64,000 nt of DNA from Candidatus Latescibacterota bacterium (GTDB taxonomy: Bacteria; Latescibacterota; UBA2968; GCA-2709665). The notes beneath the pieces were generated by a model. The model made no database searches. It saw only the letters and a program-made list of their open reading frames with translations, and had not been told where the DNA came from. This document shows, in pieces, positions 54,087 to 64,000 of the stretch. The position numbers were made by a program, and so were the translations under genes. The stretch is from contig OZ242180.1 of NCBI GenBank assembly GCA_965205485.1, forward strand, positions 4,256,001-4,320,000, given 5' to 3'. Numbering within the stretch: the first letter of the stretch is position 1; the number at the start of each line of letters is the position of its first letter.

Positions 54087-56483
54087 TCAGTCACATTCCT
54101 TACGATAGATCAGCTTTGCGCCGTCGCGCCGCTCGAATACGGCTTTGCTGCGTCCGGCCAGGCCCCCGCACCTGAAGTCGCCGTCCCGCCCTGCATCGTA
54201 GAGGGAATCGGCGCCGGCAAAGACATCCTCAAGCCCGTTGAACCTGATTCTGACGCCGGACGCCCGACCCCGACCGTCGTCAACGCGTTTCAACGCCACG
54301 TCCGGCACGTCTCCCGCAAATGGATAGAGAACGGAAAAAAACCCGGCGCGCCCGCCGCCCGGTTCGATCCGGGCCGGCAGCCGGAAATACGGAACGTAGA
54401 CCCAGCCCGGTTCCCCCTTCGGCGGGTACCCGCGTCCGGTCCACTCCTGTTTCCGGAACCCGCCGCACAGGCCGCGGTGTGCGGGCAGGGGCGTGGTTCC
54501 AATATCCCCGGAACACCACAGGAGACGTTGATCCCCGCTGTCGTTGCTGAAACACACCCTGCCGGCCGTTTGCGACTCGACCTCGCCATAAACGTGCAAG
54601 AGCCAATCCAGGTCGAATCCGTCCGCTTCGGAACTGAGGTCGTCGTGGATGAGGAAATAACCGCACCGGGGATGAACGATCGTACGCCGGTGCACCAGGC
54701 CCTCGTAGCCTTCATCGTGATACGCGCAGACCATATCGACGTCGTCATCGGTGTGCCAGAATACCAGTCGACCTGTGCATTCGTTCTGGCTTCCGTTGTT
54801 CGCCAGCACGGTATTGTGCGATATCGTCTGCTTGTGCCAGGTGTACTGTTCCGGAAAGATCGAATAATGAGGCGAATTCGACGCATCCGGAATCCAGTGG
54901 TGCCCGTTGGCGAACATGACGAAGCTCAGCTTGTCCGGGTGTCCGTGCCCGCCTCCGTGAGGCCCGAAATCGAAAATCAGATAGGCATCGTCTTTCGACC
55001 ACCCGTCCCGCATCACCGCCAGGCCTGCGTCGGGCAGCACCACCGAGGTATAGGGAGGGTTCTTCTGCTGGACCGGCCCGAGCTCCACCCCGGGCATGGA
55101 CGGCGCGATTCCCGAATCCCCTGCCATCCGCAACAGATCCCCTCGCCCGATCAGGTACAGCGGTACCCGGAGTTCCGGATAGTCCGTGAGCAGATGGCCG
55201 TCGTTTCCGTTGGAGTCGTTGATGGAGGGAACCTCGCCGAAGGGCGTCAGCGTCTTGCACAGCGCCTCCAGCACATAACCAAGCGATCTGCCGTTATACG
55301 CCTTCGACCACACCGGATCCCCGATCAGATGTTTGCCCAGTGCGTACCTGCACATACCTCTGATCATATAGACCGAGTGCGACGGCGAACATTCCCACCA
55401 GTATCCGTCGTCCAGGAAGGGCTCGAAACATGAACCGTATCGCTCATCGGCCAGCTTCAACCAGCGGCCCACTTCCGGAAAATCCGCCAGATAGTATGCC
55501 AGAAAGACCATCTCCGCCAGCGAACAAGACGCCCAGTTCTCCCGTGCCTCGAATCGGTCCCGAATGGCCAGGTACTGGAACTCACCAAGGTCCAGCAGAA
55601 AGAAGAGAAAACGCATGCGGTCCCGGAACTCCAGGTGCGGCGAAGCGACGAGCAGGTCGTACGACGCCATCATTTCCCTGAGGTTGTATGCCGGATCCTG
55701 AAACGTCACGGCTTTCCAGGCGATTCCTGTAAACCGAAACGACTGGTACCGGTCGTAATGGTCCAGATTCGCCAGCAGTACATCCCGCGCCTTCAACCCA
55801 TATCGCCGGTCGCCGGTCTGTGCAAAAGCGCCCGCGCACCCCTGAAGCATCGTCCGTCTCGCGGAGTCCCTTTCGTTGACCACCCGCCCGGTCTCCTGCC
55901 CGTTGTAGAGACTTTTCGGAATAGGCGCCCACGTGGGGACCTCGACATCCAGCAGAGAAGGGTCCGGCGTCTCCTGGCTGCGCCTCGACTGATCGTCCGG
56001 AATAGCCGCCAGCCTCGGCGTGTTCCGATCCAGAAACGACCGGATATATGCCGGAAGGAGGTCCGCCGCGTACGCCTCCATCCCGTACAGGGCGACCACC
56101 CCGACCGGGTCCGCCTCTCTGCCGTGCAGGTCTTCACTGACGGCACGCGTAAACCGGACGCGCAGCCCGGTCGTCCGGACGTCGTCGAGCAGATGGAGTT
56201 TCACCCTCGGCCCGAGGATGACGTTGTTGCGAATCGAGTCCTGCGTCTCCCACGTGCGGGACCCGCGAACGGCGACGTCGTAGTCCGCGGGCATCGCCTT
56301 CCATCTCAACACCACCACGCGGCACACAACGGGGCCATCAAATCGGACGTCGAACCCGCATTCACCGGACACCGTCGACCAGTTTACGGCGGTTTCGATG
56401 CTACCGTCCCAAAGACACGCCAGGTCGGGCGCGGCGGCTCCGAAGATCTTCACACGGTCTTCACGAATGAGGTTGTTGCTCAT
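54087..56483 (-). CDS. Heparinase II/III-like polysaccharide lyase domain protein
   Basis: ENW, DDGYWWECSPSH, PSINDS, GLAVMRDGW, GPHGGGHGHPDKLSF, TISHNTV, HRRT; no signal peptide. Confidence 0.82.
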   Translation of the reverse strand: MSNNLIREDRVKIFGAAAPDLACLWDGSIETAVNWSTVSGECGFDVRFDGPVVCRVVVLRWKAMPADYDVAVRGSRTWETQDSIRNNVILGPRVKLHLLDDVRTTGLRVRFTRAVSEDLHGREADPVGVVALYGMEAYAADLLPAYIRSFLDRNTPRLAAIPDDQSRRSQETPDPSLLDVEVPTWAPIPKSLYNGQETGRVVNERDSARRTMLQGCAGAFAQTGDRRYGLKARDVLLANLDHYDRYQSFRFTGIAWKAVTFQDPAYNLREMMASYDLLVASPHLEFRDRMRFLFFLLDLGEFQYLAIRDRFEARENWASCSLAEMVFLAYYLADFPEVGRWLKLADERYGSCFEPFLDDGYWWECSPSHSVYMIRGMCRYALGKHLIGDPVWSKAYNGRSLGYVLEALCKTLTPFGEVPSINDSNGNDGHLLTDYPELRVPLYLIGRGDLLRMAGDSGIAPSMPGVELGPVQQKNPPYTSVVLPDAGLAVMRDGWSKDDAYLIFDFGPHGGGHGHPDKLSFVMFANGHHWIPDASNSPHYSIFPEQYTWHKQTISHNTVLANNGSQNECTGRLVFWHTDDDVDMVCAYHDEGYEGLVHRRTIVHPRCGYFLIHDDLSSEADGFDLDWLLHVYGEVESQTAGRVCFSNDSGDQRLLWCSGDIGTTPLPAHRGLCGGFRKQEWTGRGYPPKGEPGWVYVPYFRLPARIEPGGGRAGFFSVLYPFAGDVPDVALKRVDDGRGRASGVRIRFNGLEDVFAGADSLYDAGRDGDFRCGGLAGRSKAVFERRDGAKLIYRKECD

Positions 56484-56585
56484 GCGCGGGAATCATCCTG
56501 GAACGGGATCGTCCCTATCGAGTCGCGGCGACGGCTCGAAGCGACACAGAGTGGAGTACGGCCGTCTGCACGCCACCGAAATAAC

Positions 56586-56624
56586 TTGCATATTCCTATT
56601 TGTCAGGTATATTTAAATTTGACA
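56586..56624 (+). promoter_or_regulatory. Putative vapBC promoter with overlapping operator
   Basis: TTGCAT-16 bp-TATATT; inverted repeat TGTCA-N14-TGACA (56601-56624) straddles the -10. Confidence 0.5.
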
Positions 56625-56661
56625 GTCGAAATCATATCTGCCGTTCACCAGGGACATTGCC

Positions 56662-56913
56662 ATGCCAATTGCGAAAGTAGGACGTCGCGGTCAGATGACG
56701 TTGCCCAGGGAAGTTCGTCGAGCACTCGACGTTCAGGAGGGAGACCATATAGTCTTCGTTCGAAGGCGCCACGAGTTTTCAGTTCAGCCCCTGAACCGGA
56801 CCCTGCTGGAACTGCGAGGGAGCATACCTGTTTCCGGCCCCCAGGATTTCGACGGCATCCGCGATCAGGTCCGGCAAACTCGGATTCATGCGAGAACAAA
56901 TGGCGGCTCATGA
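56662..56913 (+). CDS. vapB: AbrB/MazE/SpoVT-family antitoxin
   Basis: AKVGRRGQMTLPREVRRALDVQEGD. Confidence 0.88.
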   Translation: MPIAKVGRRGQMTLPREVRRALDVQEGDHIVFVRRRHEFSVQPLNRTLLELRGSIPVSGPQDFDGIRDQVRQTRIHARTNGGS

Positions 56914-57328
56914 ACACGTTTTCGTCGATACCAATGTATTCCTGAGGTATCTGACGAATGACGTGCCGAAGCAGGCCGATGCCGTAGAGCGTCTTCTGTG
57001 CCGGGCGGGCGCCGGCGAGATTGTGCTCGTGACCGGCATACTGGTGATCGCCGAGATCGTCTGGACTCTGGAGTCGTTCTACAAACTCTCTCGCGTCGAT
57101 ATCCAGGCCAGGGTCAGGGCTATAATCAATACGCCCGGCCTGGAAATCCATGATCGCATTGCCGTTTCTCAGGCAATCTCCGATTACGTAGACAAGAACG
57201 TGGATTTCGTAGACGCATATAACACAGCCTGGATGATGGCGCGAGGCATCAGAGCCGTACATACGTTCGACCGCAGGCATCTATCACGCTTCGAAGGCCT
57301 TGAAGTTCGCGTGCCGGGCGGCATCTGA
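56900..57328 (+). CDS. vapC: PIN-domain toxin
   Basis: FVDTNVFLRYL, IAEIVWTL, DFVDAY, TFDRRH; overlaps antitoxin. Confidence 0.9.
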   Translation: MAAHEHVFVDTNVFLRYLTNDVPKQADAVERLLCRAGAGEIVLVTGILVIAEIVWTLESFYKLSRVDIQARVRAIINTPGLEIHDRIAVSQAISDYVDKNVDFVDAYNTAWMMARGIRAVHTFDRRHLSRFEGLEVRVPGGI

Positions 57329-57351
57329 AGAGTTCTGAATTCAGTAAAAAA

Positions 57352-57387
57352 AGACCTCTGGAACGTGGATCCGGGGGTCTGTTTTTT
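57352..57387 (+). terminator. Intrinsic terminator after vapC
   Basis: AGACCTCTGGA/TCCGGGGGTCT stem (two GU pairs) then GTTTTTT; A-run on the 5' side. Confidence 0.7.
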
Positions 57388-57526
57388 GAACATCGCAACG
57401 TATCATGGGTAGTGACCTCAAGATAAATGCACGGTCGAGGCGAAACAAACACTTTTCCGAACCCTGCACCAGAACGAAATATCGGCCGTACGCTGCCGGC
57501 CGGTATCATGTCCAGGCTATGTATCG

Positions 57527-58138
57527 TTAGAATTCGATTCCTTCACGCGCCGGTACTCCCCTGGCATAATAGTGCTTGACCTTGCGCATCTCAGTCACCA
57601 GATCGACGCGTTCGACAAGCGCGTCCCAGACCTTGTGGCCTGACAGCACCAGTTCGCACCGGCGGTTTCCGTCGTAGAGATCCAGAAGATCCGTCACGTC
57701 CTCCCGCCGCAGCAGACCGTAGGCCGGCGCTGCAAGAATCTCGTCCAGAATCAGCAGATCCTGAGCCCCCTTCCGAAGCAGCAGACGGGCGGTTTCGAGT
57801 CCCCGCCGCGCTTCGTCAATGTCCTGGGGCTCCGCGCCGAATCGAAACGTCCCATCCGGCATCATGCGTTCACATCCGGTCGGATGCAACTCGATCCCGT
57901 CGATCTGCCTGAGCACGTGGCGTTCGGAGTAGTGCTCCGTCTTGCCGTCGTACCCTTTGTCGAACTGCACCATGGCGACCTTCCTGCCGGCCCCGGCCGC
58001 GCGGATTGCCAGCCCGATGCAACAGGTCGTCTTGCCCTTGCCGTAACCGTAATAGACGTGAGCCTGGTGAATGCGTTCTTCACCGTGCGCGGGCGGAATG
58101 ACTCGGGGTCCCGGTGTTGTTCCTCTCTGCTTTGCCAT
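57527..58138 (-). CDS. cobO: Cob(I)yrinic acid a,c-diamide adenosyltransferase (CobO/BtuR family)
   Basis: YYGYGKGKTT, VQFDKG, LILDE, DLVTEMRKVKHYY..AREGIEF. Confidence 0.9.
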   Translation of the reverse strand: MAKQRGTTPGPRVIPPAHGEERIHQAHVYYGYGKGKTTCCIGLAIRAAGAGRKVAMVQFDKGYDGKTEHYSERHVLRQIDGIELHPTGCERMMPDGTFRFGAEPQDIDEARRGLETARLLLRKGAQDLLILDEILAAPAYGLLRREDVTDLLDLYDGNRRCELVLSGHKVWDALVERVDLVTEMRKVKHYYARGVPAREGIEF

Positions 58139-58238
58139 CCGTATATCACCTTGTGCCGCAATGTGAACTCGAATCCGGTTTCCTTCCCGAAGGCGCCTGG
58201 TTCTGGCGGATTCGAATAATATCAATTATCTTATACGT

Positions 58239-59168
58239 ATGGAAACCTGTGCAAATCGGGCCGCCGTGTCATCCGGTGCATCCGCGTCTGTGTCACTCGT
58301 CGACGCGTTCGCCTATTGCGAAGCCCTTACGCGCAGCCACTATGAAAACTTCCCGGTGGGATCCCGTATGATTCCCGCAGGGATACGGCCCCACGTGTGC
58401 AGCATCTATGCCTTTGCGCGTACTGCCGACGACCTGGCGGACGAACCCGGCCTGGCTCCGGACGAACGCACGCGACGGCTGGATGCGTGGGATGCGAAAC
58501 TCGCATCCTGCACGGTTGCGCCGGAAGGACCGATATTCACCGCACTGGGAGAAACGATCCGATCGCAGCATCTACCCCGCCGTCATCTGTACGACCTCCT
58601 CCACGCATTCAGGATGGACGTGGTCACGCAGCGGCATGAGACTTTCAACCATCTCCTGTCGTACTGCCGATACTCCGCTGCTCCGGTGGGGCGCCTCATT
58701 CTGCACCTGTTTTCCTACACCGACCCGCGCCGCAGACGACTTTCCGATCTGATCTGTACGGCGCTTCAGCTTGCCAACTTCTGGCAGGACGTCGCAATTG
58801 ACTTCTCACGAGGTCGCATCTACCTGCCCCAGGACGATATGGACCGTTTCGGCGTTACAGAAGACGATCTGTCAAAGGGCCGCGCTACCGACGGCTTCAG
58901 GTCATTGCTGGCCTGCGAAATCGAACGAACGAGGACGCTGTTTCGAAGGGGCGCCGAACTGCCGGATCTCGTCTCCGGCCGACTAAAATACGAACTTCGG
59001 CTCACCTGGCTGGGCGGGATGCGGATTCTGGACAAGATCCTTACAGGTGAATGCGACGTTTTCAATTGTCGCCCGAAGATTGAAAAAAGGGACATTCCCA
59101 GCCTGTTCCTTCGCGCCCTCTTCCGGAACCCGCGTGTTTGCGACAATTCCGGCTTCCGTACCCAATGA
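58239..59168 (+). CDS. hpnC: Hydroxysqualene synthase HpnC
   Basis: HYENFPVGS, YAFARTADDLADE, YCRYSAAPVGR, ALQLANFWQDV. Confidence 0.93.
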   Translation: METCANRAAVSSGASASVSLVDAFAYCEALTRSHYENFPVGSRMIPAGIRPHVCSIYAFARTADDLADEPGLAPDERTRRLDAWDAKLASCTVAPEGPIFTALGETIRSQHLPRRHLYDLLHAFRMDVVTQRHETFNHLLSYCRYSAAPVGRLILHLFSYTDPRRRRLSDLICTALQLANFWQDVAIDFSRGRIYLPQDDMDRFGVTEDDLSKGRATDGFRSLLACEIERTRTLFRRGAELPDLVSGRLKYELRLTWLGGMRILDKILTGECDVFNCRPKIEKRDIPSLFLRALFRNPRVCDNSGFRTQ

Positions 59169-60025
59169 ACATCAGATCTTACACCGCGGCGCTCGTACGG
59201 AACGCGCGCAGCAACTTCTACTACGCGTTCGTTTTTCTGCCGCGCCCCAAGCGTGACGCCATTTTCGCCACGTACGCCTTCAGCCGGCACACCGACGACC
59301 TGGTCGACGACGCGGCATCGCGGGAAGCCGCCACCCGAAATCTCGCGAAATGGCGCGCCGAAACCCACGCCTGTTTCGACGGCAGGCCGCGGCACCCGAT
59401 TACCGTAAACCTGCACAAAGCGCTCAAGAGCTTCAAGATTCCTAAAGAACACTTCCTGAAGCTGATTGACGGTGTGGAGATGGACCTGGTCAAGAATCGC
59501 TACCAGACCTTCGGCGATCTGTACGAATACTGTTACCGCGTCGCCTCCATCGTCGGCCTGATATGCATCGAGATCTTCGGCTACACCAGGCGTGCATCCC
59601 GGGATTACGCCGTCAACCTGGGGATTGCGCTGCAACTTACGAACATCCTCCGTGACATCAAGACCGACGCAAGGAGAGACCGCATCTATCTCCCGCTGGA
59701 AGATTTGAGACGTTTCAACTACACCGAAAAAGAACTTTTCGACGGAATCACCACAACCCGGTTCCGGAAGCTGATGCAATTCCAGTGCAAACGGGCGCGG
59801 AGCTACTACAGGAAAGCCGCGCAATGCCTGCCGAGAGAGGATCGCCAGAGCCTGTTTCCGGCCGAAATCATGGGTTGCATCTACAGCCGTCTTCTCAGCC
59901 GCATCGAAGCCGTCAATTACAACGTGTACCAACATCCGATTCGCGTAAACAACCTGAAAAAACTGGGCATCGCGCTTGAATTCTGCCTTCGCAACCGGAT
60001 TGGAATACGGGAGAAGTCGCCGTGA
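59165..60025 (+). CDS. hpnD: Presqualene diphosphate synthase HpnD
   Basis: SNFYYAF, DDLVD, YCYRVAS.VG, ALQLTNILRDI..RIYLP; ATGA overlap with hpnC. Confidence 0.93.
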   Translation: MNIRSYTAALVRNARSNFYYAFVFLPRPKRDAIFATYAFSRHTDDLVDDAASREAATRNLAKWRAETHACFDGRPRHPITVNLHKALKSFKIPKEHFLKLIDGVEMDLVKNRYQTFGDLYEYCYRVASIVGLICIEIFGYTRRASRDYAVNLGIALQLTNILRDIKTDARRDRIYLPLEDLRRFNYTEKELFDGITTTRFRKLMQFQCKRARSYYRKAAQCLPREDRQSLFPAEIMGCIYSRLLSRIEAVNYNVYQHPIRVNNLKKLGIALEFCLRNRIGIREKSP

Positions 60026-61362
60026 GCCGCGTGGTCATTATCGGCGGCGGCTTCGCGGGTCTCGCCGCGGGCGTTCGCCTTGCGGAACGGGGCGGGTGCA
60101 TCGTCAACCTGTTTGAGCGCAGGAAACACCTGGGTGGGCGTGCGTATTCATTTGCCGATCGAGCAACGGGCGATACCGTAGACAACGGTCAGCACCTATT
60201 CATGAAATGTTATCTCCGGACCAGGGAGTTCCTGGAAACCATCGGCGCGGGGGATCGCCTGAGGTTTCAGGAAGCGTTCCGTCTGGATTTCTTACACCCC
60301 GGTCTGGGCCATACTGCTCTCAGGTTTCCCCGGTGGCTGCCGCCTCCCCTCAATGTGTTGGCCGGATTCATCCGTTACAGACCGGTCAACCTCGGAGACG
60401 TCGTGGGGCTGAGGCGCATCAGGACGGCCCTGGCAACGCCGTTGCAATACGGTATCACGGTTAACGACTGGCTGGAGGAGTGCGGGCAGTCTCCAGCCAT
60501 CCGGCATGCGTTCTGGGATCCGCTTTGCATCTCCGCGCTGAATCAACATCCCGATTCCGCCCCGGCCCGTCACCTGACTTCCGTTCTGAAACTCGCGTTT
60601 CTCGGGCACACCGACGCTACCCTGATGGGCTACCCCGCTGTGGGACTCAGCGCGATGTACACGGACTCGGCCAGGAGCTTCATCCACCGGCACGGCGGTA
60701 CGTGCCACATCGGCGAGGCGGCCGCGGAACTGCGCGTTGCCGAAAACGGCAAGATATGGATCCGTATGAGATCAGGCGCGGCTGTGACGGCCGATGCCGC
60801 CATCTGCGCAATCACGCCGCCTGCGCTGTCTCGCCTGCTTCCGGAGGGTCTCGACGATCTCAAGACTCGTTTGAATTCCTTCCAACCCTCCCCGATCCTT
60901 TCGGTCAACCTCTGGTTTCGGGAGCCCGTACTCAACCGGCCTTTCATCGGCCTCCTCACAGGTCGTATGGACTGGATATTCAACAAGCCGATGCTATACA
61001 ACGGTCGTGACAACGCATCACCCGGGCATGTTACCATGGTCGCCAGCGCCGCCGACGGGCTGGTGGAACAGCCTGACGAAAAACTCGTGGGGATTGCGCT
61101 GGGTGACCTGCATAAGTTCCTGCCCGAAACCAGAAACATACACCTGGAGCACCATCTGGTTGTGCGGGAACGACATGCAACGTTCGCGCTACCAAAGGGA
61201 CAATCTCCCCCACCGAATCGCACGGCGGCGCCGGGACTCTATGTTGCAGGAGACTGGACCGACACCGGACTGCCTGCCACGGTAGAGAGTGCCGTAGAAA
61301 GCGGCTATCGGGCGGCGGCACATGCTCTGGAATACCTGGACGCAAAACGTTCCCGAGGCTAA
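60022..61362 (+). CDS. hpnE: Hydroxysqualene dehydroxylase HpnE
   Basis: GGGFAGL, LGGRAYSF..VDNGQH, AGDWTDTGLPATVESAV; GTGA overlap with hpnD. Confidence 0.93.
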   Translation: MSRVVIIGGGFAGLAAGVRLAERGGCIVNLFERRKHLGGRAYSFADRATGDTVDNGQHLFMKCYLRTREFLETIGAGDRLRFQEAFRLDFLHPGLGHTALRFPRWLPPPLNVLAGFIRYRPVNLGDVVGLRRIRTALATPLQYGITVNDWLEECGQSPAIRHAFWDPLCISALNQHPDSAPARHLTSVLKLAFLGHTDATLMGYPAVGLSAMYTDSARSFIHRHGGTCHIGEAAAELRVAENGKIWIRMRSGAAVTADAAICAITPPALSRLLPEGLDDLKTRLNSFQPSPILSVNLWFREPVLNRPFIGLLTGRMDWIFNKPMLYNGRDNASPGHVTMVASAADGLVEQPDEKLVGIALGDLHKFLPETRNIHLEHHLVVRERHATFALPKGQSPPPNRTAAPGLYVAGDWTDTGLPATVESAVESGYRAAAHALEYLDAKRSRG

Positions 61363-61748
61363 CCTACCCTGAAGTTCGCTATCCCCTGTTCGATGTAGAC
61401 CCGGGTCTCGATGTCTACGGCAGTGATTCCTTCGATGTAGGGATCGCCTTCCGCATTCACCGCGGCCAGCGGCAGTCCGTCGACCTGATAGAAATCCTTC
61501 CCGTCGTGAGCCTGTGCGGTCAGTTCCGGATCCGCGCCGGTCCGTGCGCTGAACCGGTCGTAGAAATCGTCCGGGGCCATTGCATAGAGATTGGCGCCGG
61601 TGCCTACGAACTCGCCCGTATCGGGGTGACGGCTGAAACCGCATCCCGTGAGGAAGTCCGCGTGGGCGTTCAGGTCACCCATCACGACGACCGTATCCTC
61701 TTCCTCGAGTACGAAACTCTGGAATTTCCCGATCTCCCGCCTCTTCAT
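61359..61748 (-). CDS. Hypothetical acidic protein (129 aa)
   Basis: Strong AAAGGAGG RBS, natural globular composition, fills the gap between hpnE and thrC. Confidence 0.7.
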   Translation of the reverse strand: MKRREIGKFQSFVLEEEDTVVVMGDLNAHADFLTGCGFSRHPDTGEFVGTGANLYAMAPDDFYDRFSARTGADPELTAQAHDGKDFYQVDGLPLAAVNAEGDPYIEGITAVDIETRVYIEQGIANFRVG

Positions 61749-61884
61749 CGGCCGTGTACCTCCTTTCGCGCGCCAGTACCGACCCTCCGGCGGGCCGGTG
61801 GGTCATTTCGTGTTTCCACGGCAATTCCCGGGGTCCGATACCGTAAAGAGCCGGCACGAAGCGTGTGCTGCCCGGCAGTACGGT

Positions 61885-63069
61885 TCACCGGACGCCGTCC
61901 GCCGCGCCAATGGCTTCGATATATTTCAGCCCGGTCCCGGTATTGAACAGCACCACCCGCTCCTCAGCAGAGATCCACCCCTCCCCGGTGAGTTCCTTCA
62001 GCCCGGCAAGCGTCGCCGCGCCCTCAGGCGCCGGGAAAATACCGGTCGACGAAGCCATCTCCTCAACGCAGGCCAGCAGGGCACCGTCGGTAACGGCGAT
62101 AGCCGTGCCGTGGCTTTCCCGGATGGCTCGAAGCATGAGAAAGTCGCCCACCGCGCCAGGCACCCGGAGCCCCGATGCAACGGTGTCCGCGTCTTCCCAG
62201 AACTCGGCCGATTCGGCGCCCGTTTCATACGCCCTGACAACAGGCGCACAGCCCTCCGCCTGTACGGCCACCATTCGAGGACGCGCGGAGCCGATCCAAC
62301 CCATTGCTTCCATCTCGTCGAACGCCTTCCACATTCCGATCAGGCCCGTGCCGCCGCCGGTCGGGTAGAGCACGACGTCCGGCAACGCCCAGTCCAGCTG
62401 TTCGGCGAGTTCGTATCCCATCGTTTTCTTTCCTTCTACCCGGTACGGCTCCTTAAGTGTCGAGACGTCGAACCAACCCTCGGCCTTCTTTCGGTCGGCC
62501 ACCATCTTCCCGCAATCCGTAATCAGACCGTCCACGAGCGTCAGGCGCGCGCCCAGCCGCCGGCACTCCACCATGTTTGCCGCCGGTGCATCGGTCGGCA
62601 TGAAAATGTACGCCTCCATCCCGGCCCTCGCCGCGTACGCCGCCGTCGCCCCACCCGCGTTCCCCGCAGAAGGAATGGCCACGGCATCCGCTCCCAGTTC
62701 CGCCGCTCTGGATATCGCAGCCGACAGCCCGCGTGCCTTGAATGACCCTGTCGGATTGACACCCTCATCCTTGACGTAGAGGTCCGGGACGCCGACCCGC
62801 GCCCCCAGCGCGTCCGCCTTCAGCAAAGGGGTGAATCCCTCACCCAGGCTTATCCGGTGCGCAACCCGTTCGACGGGCAATACTTCCCCGTATCGCCACA
62901 TGGTCGTCTCCCGTCCCGGCAAATCCGCTTTGTGGAGGGCATTCGACGCTTTCTCCAGATCGTACCGGGCGAAGAGCGGCGCTTCGCAGCAGGCGCTCAG
63001 ATTCCAAAGCCTATCTTTGTCGTGGCTTCGGCCGCATCGGGTACATATGAGATCCACAAGATATCCCAT
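61885..63069 (-). CDS. thrC: Threonine synthase (fold-type II PLP enzyme)
   Basis: SLGEGFTPL, NPTGSFKARG, PSAGNAG, EGKKTMG, PTGGGTG, NTGTGLKY. Confidence 0.88.
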   Translation of the reverse strand: MGYLVDLICTRCGRSHDKDRLWNLSACCEAPLFARYDLEKASNALHKADLPGRETTMWRYGEVLPVERVAHRISLGEGFTPLLKADALGARVGVPDLYVKDEGVNPTGSFKARGLSAAISRAAELGADAVAIPSAGNAGGATAAYAARAGMEAYIFMPTDAPAANMVECRRLGARLTLVDGLITDCGKMVADRKKAEGWFDVSTLKEPYRVEGKKTMGYELAEQLDWALPDVVLYPTGGGTGLIGMWKAFDEMEAMGWIGSARPRMVAVQAEGCAPVVRAYETGAESAEFWEDADTVASGLRVPGAVGDFLMLRAIRESHGTAIAVTDGALLACVEEMASSTGIFPAPEGAATLAGLKELTGEGWISAEERVVLFNTGTGLKYIEAIGAADGVR

Positions 63070-63232
63070 CCATCCTCCTGTCAATGACAGAAAGCAGACC
63101 GCCCCGGTGTTCGTTCGATGAACCGACGCATTGAAACGGTCAAATCATACACACCATACTTCAGTAAGTCAAGCGCATGCGCGGGTTCGGCCCGGCGGGT
63201 CGCTATCCGTGCATACCTGCAGAAGGGCGCGC

Positions 63233-64000
63233 TCACCCTCCGAGAAGTCCATAATCCCTGATCTTTCTACGGAGCGTCGGACGCGACACGCCCAGGATCT
63301 CGCACGCCATACCCCGGTTCCAGCCGGTTGCATTCAGAACCTGTTCAATGTGCCGGCGTTCCACGTCCGACAGGGTAAGCGATTCGTCAATCTCGGCCGA
63401 CTCATCAGAGATCAGACCCTTCAGGTGACTACACTGGACCGTACTCCCCCGGCAATAAAGCGCCGCCCTCACCAGGACATTCTGCAGTTCTCTGACGTTA
63501 CCCGGCCACGGATGGACCATCAGCCTGTGCATGGCCTCCTGTGAAACGCCGCCCAGATTCCGGCCGGTACGGTGCCGGATTTCGCTGAGCGTTCGCCGCA
63601 CAAGCACGGGTATGTCCGCAAGGCGGTCGCGCAGCGGGGGCAATTGGACAATCACCTCGCTCAGCCTGTAATAGAGATCCGCTCTGAACGCGCCCTTCGC
63701 AACCAGGTCTTCCAAATCGGCATTCGTGGCCGCAACAACCCGTACATCCGGTCGGATCGATTCCTGGCCGCCGACGCGACGGAACTCGACCCGATCCAGC
63801 ACACGAAGCAGCTTGGCCTGAAAACCCGGAAGCGCATCGCCGATTTCATCCAGAAAGAGGGTGCCGTGGCCGGCCTGTTCGAAACATCCCGCGCGCCGCC
63901 CCGCCGCACCCGTGAAGGCGCCTCGCTCGTGGCCGAACAATTCACTTTCCATGAGGGTTTCCATAACTGCGACACAATTGACGGCCACGAACGCCCCGGG
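63233..64000 (-). CDS. Sigma-54-dependent transcriptional activator (5' end outside window)
   Basis: [39 protein letters not shown], Fis-type HTH. Confidence 0.95.
   Translation of the reverse strand, partial: PGAFVAVNCVAVMETLMESELFGHERGAFTGAAGRRAGCFEQAGHGTLFLDEIGDALPGFQAKLLRVLDRVEFRRVGGQESIRPDVRVVAATNADLEDLVAKGAFRADLYYRLSEVIVQLPPLRDRLADIPVLVRRTLSEIRHRTGRNLGGVSQEAMHRLMVHPWPGNVRELQNVLVRAALYCRGSTVQCSHLKGLISDESAEIDESLTLSDVERRHIEQVLNATGWNRGMACEILGVSRPTLRRKIRDYGLLGG

Noticed and set aside
56500..57520. vapBC as part of a prophage or integrative element
   Set aside because: No integrase, att repeats or phage genes seen nearby.
57527..58138. Functional link of cobO to the B12/radical SAM gene; cobalamin riboswitch upstream
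   Set aside because: 50 kb apart, and no riboswitch consensus in the 100-bp divergent gap.

Overview
GC-rich bacterial chromosomal window. A C-terminal DFxxF-A-xxFG EF-hand/dockerin-like tag and three DUF6785/6784-like membrane proteins suggest a Latescibacterota-like host; this is inference only. From left to right: (1) 1-7.5 kb is an extended SUF Fe-S assembly run (sufC-sufD-sufS-sufU-sufT-Rrf2 regulator), followed by an orphan nuoB, an NfuA-type carrier and a B12/radical SAM gene. That gene's apparent TGA stop is very likely selenocysteine (WYC-U-AEP, with a SECIS-like hairpin), and it converges on an ATP-grasp gene. (2) 8.8-34 kb holds mixed metabolic and transport genes: phosphosugar mutase, a frameshifted GNAT, SDRs, aspC, ggt, glycosidase-like proteins, a LecA-like lectin, a NitT/TauT ABC transporter split over two strands, a kelch lipoprotein, TonB and a TPR protein. 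(3) 34.7-56.5 kb is an all-minus-strand catabolic run: heparinase II/III-like protein, divergent ComA, degenerate M14 peptidase, epimerase, tandem DUF6785 membrane proteins, dehydrogenases, amidohydrolases and an inserted DUF1902-HicA pair. (4) The right end has vapBC, cobO, hpnCDE, thrC and a partial sigma-54 activator. Three copies of a palindromic MITE-like element occur (380-592, 13129-13338, 23948-24031). Two have intact TNA target duplications, and the ~40 bp core is in opposite orientation in the two full-length copies. No rRNA, tRNA, CRISPR array or transposase was recognised. Family assignments come from motif recognition by eye, not database searches.
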